The position numbers and the translations under genes are program-made. 64,000 nt of DNA from Felis catus (Eukaryota). The notes beneath the pieces are model-generated. The model was not told the DNA's origin and did not search any database. It saw only the letters and a list, made by a program, of their open reading frames with translations. The stretch covers positions 47,370,001 to 47,434,000 of the forward strand of contig NC_058368.1 of the NCBI RefSeq assembly GCF_018350175.1, given 5' to 3'. Below are positions 62,790 to 64,000 of this stretch, piece by piece (the first letter of the stretch is position 1; each line of letters begins with the position of its first letter).

Positions 62790-64000
62790 GTAAGTTTTCT
62801 TTTCTTGTGTCTAAGTGTAATAACATACTTTCAAAGGGACATGAGAAATTCCAGTGATTGAATATATTTATATGTAAAGATATCAGGGAAGAAAATTTTT
62901 GATAGACATTTATTGTATCTAAATGAAGAGTAAATTCAAAGAACTATATCCAGAAAGATTCTCTTGCTAACAGTTCTAAACCTGAGTAGGAACCTTTTTT
63001 TTTTTTTTTTTTTTTTTTTAAGAGATAATCTTCCTCTGCTACTTACGGGACAACTGTGCTTTCCAGCACTTGGTAGAAGGAAGAACATTTTGAAATTTGT
63101 ATCATTCTACATGGTTGTGGCTTCTCCCATTAATTTTTGTATTGTTTATTTTTTTGGTGGTAGGGTAAAGCAAAATATTCTTTCATTGCCATCTGTGTTT
63201 GGGGAAGCTTAAAATCCCTTTACCAAGTTAAGACACATTGAATGAAAGGGTATCCGTTAGCAAGAGAGAGCTTTTTTAGACATTATCCAGCTTTGATATA
63301 GGACCCTTAGGGATCTGAATTACATCGTGTTGAAGTCAACCTAGTAATCAGAGCAGCCTTAACTTGTTTCTAAGCATAGTGTGCCCCAGACTTGTGTTTT
63401 GTGCTGCGTGATGATGTCCAGTGTAGTGAGAACGTGCACTTCTTTGGTGCAACAGACCTAGCTTTTTGATTGTGATTTACTGTAAACTCTAATTATAAAT
63501 AATAGCCTTTGTCAGTAGTTTTGGAGGATTCTTGTTAATGTCAGTTTTATAGTTTGATTTTTTTTTTTTTAATTTTTGAAACAATTGAGTACTGGTAAGA
63601 CCAGCTTTTATTTTTCAGTCCCAAGGTACATGTGTTGTCAGTCCACAATAATGGACAATTGTTTACCTCTTAACTTCAGAATTCAGTCACACAAAAATGC
63701 ACACCTGATAAGATGTTTTTGCAAATACTCGTCTGGATGTTTCTGCCCCTTCCTCTCTTGGCTCAGTAACTTGATGACCATTCACTCATAATTCATGTCC
63801 ATCCAAAGTGTAGTAGAAAGGGAAAAGAATGGGGACAGCATTAAAGATTTTTAATTAAATGTAAATAACAGTTTTGAAGAGAAGGTGAAGAAAAAGAATA
63901 TCAAAAAGCAAATGAGTTACAAATTAGGCTGATTTTTTTTGTTTGACGCAAAATATATGCTTTATTATTTGCCTCTTGGTATACTCAACCATGGATAGCT

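Overview
Mammalian genomic DNA from a felid, judged by the abundant tRNA-derived Can-SINEs, including a young SINEC_Fc-type copy, and a carnivore-type LINE-1. The right third holds the complete MZT1 gene on the minus strand (3 coding exons, 80 aa, about 1.7 kb 3'UTR). It lies head-to-head with the 5' end of BORA on the plus strand (non-coding exon 1 plus the first two coding exons). The two genes share a CpG-island promoter with cell-cycle-type motifs: CCAAT boxes at exact 32-bp spacing, CHR-like hexamers and E2F sites. Bases 1-41000 are gene-free and repeat-rich, with a near full-length but dead 7.8 kb L1 (12349-20107), about 30 SINEs, MaLR/ERVL LTRs, a MER47/Tigger element, L2/MIR relics and microsatellites. 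Most ORFs in the supplied track are repeat-derived or spurious. I found no convincing evidence of a wholly new biological system. The best leads are candidate alternative-processing signals in MZT1 and BORA, promoter geometry, a CTCF-like motif in the L1 5'UTR and unusual insertion structures. Repeat family names come from recalled consensus sequences, not from a search, and most repeat boundaries are approximate.
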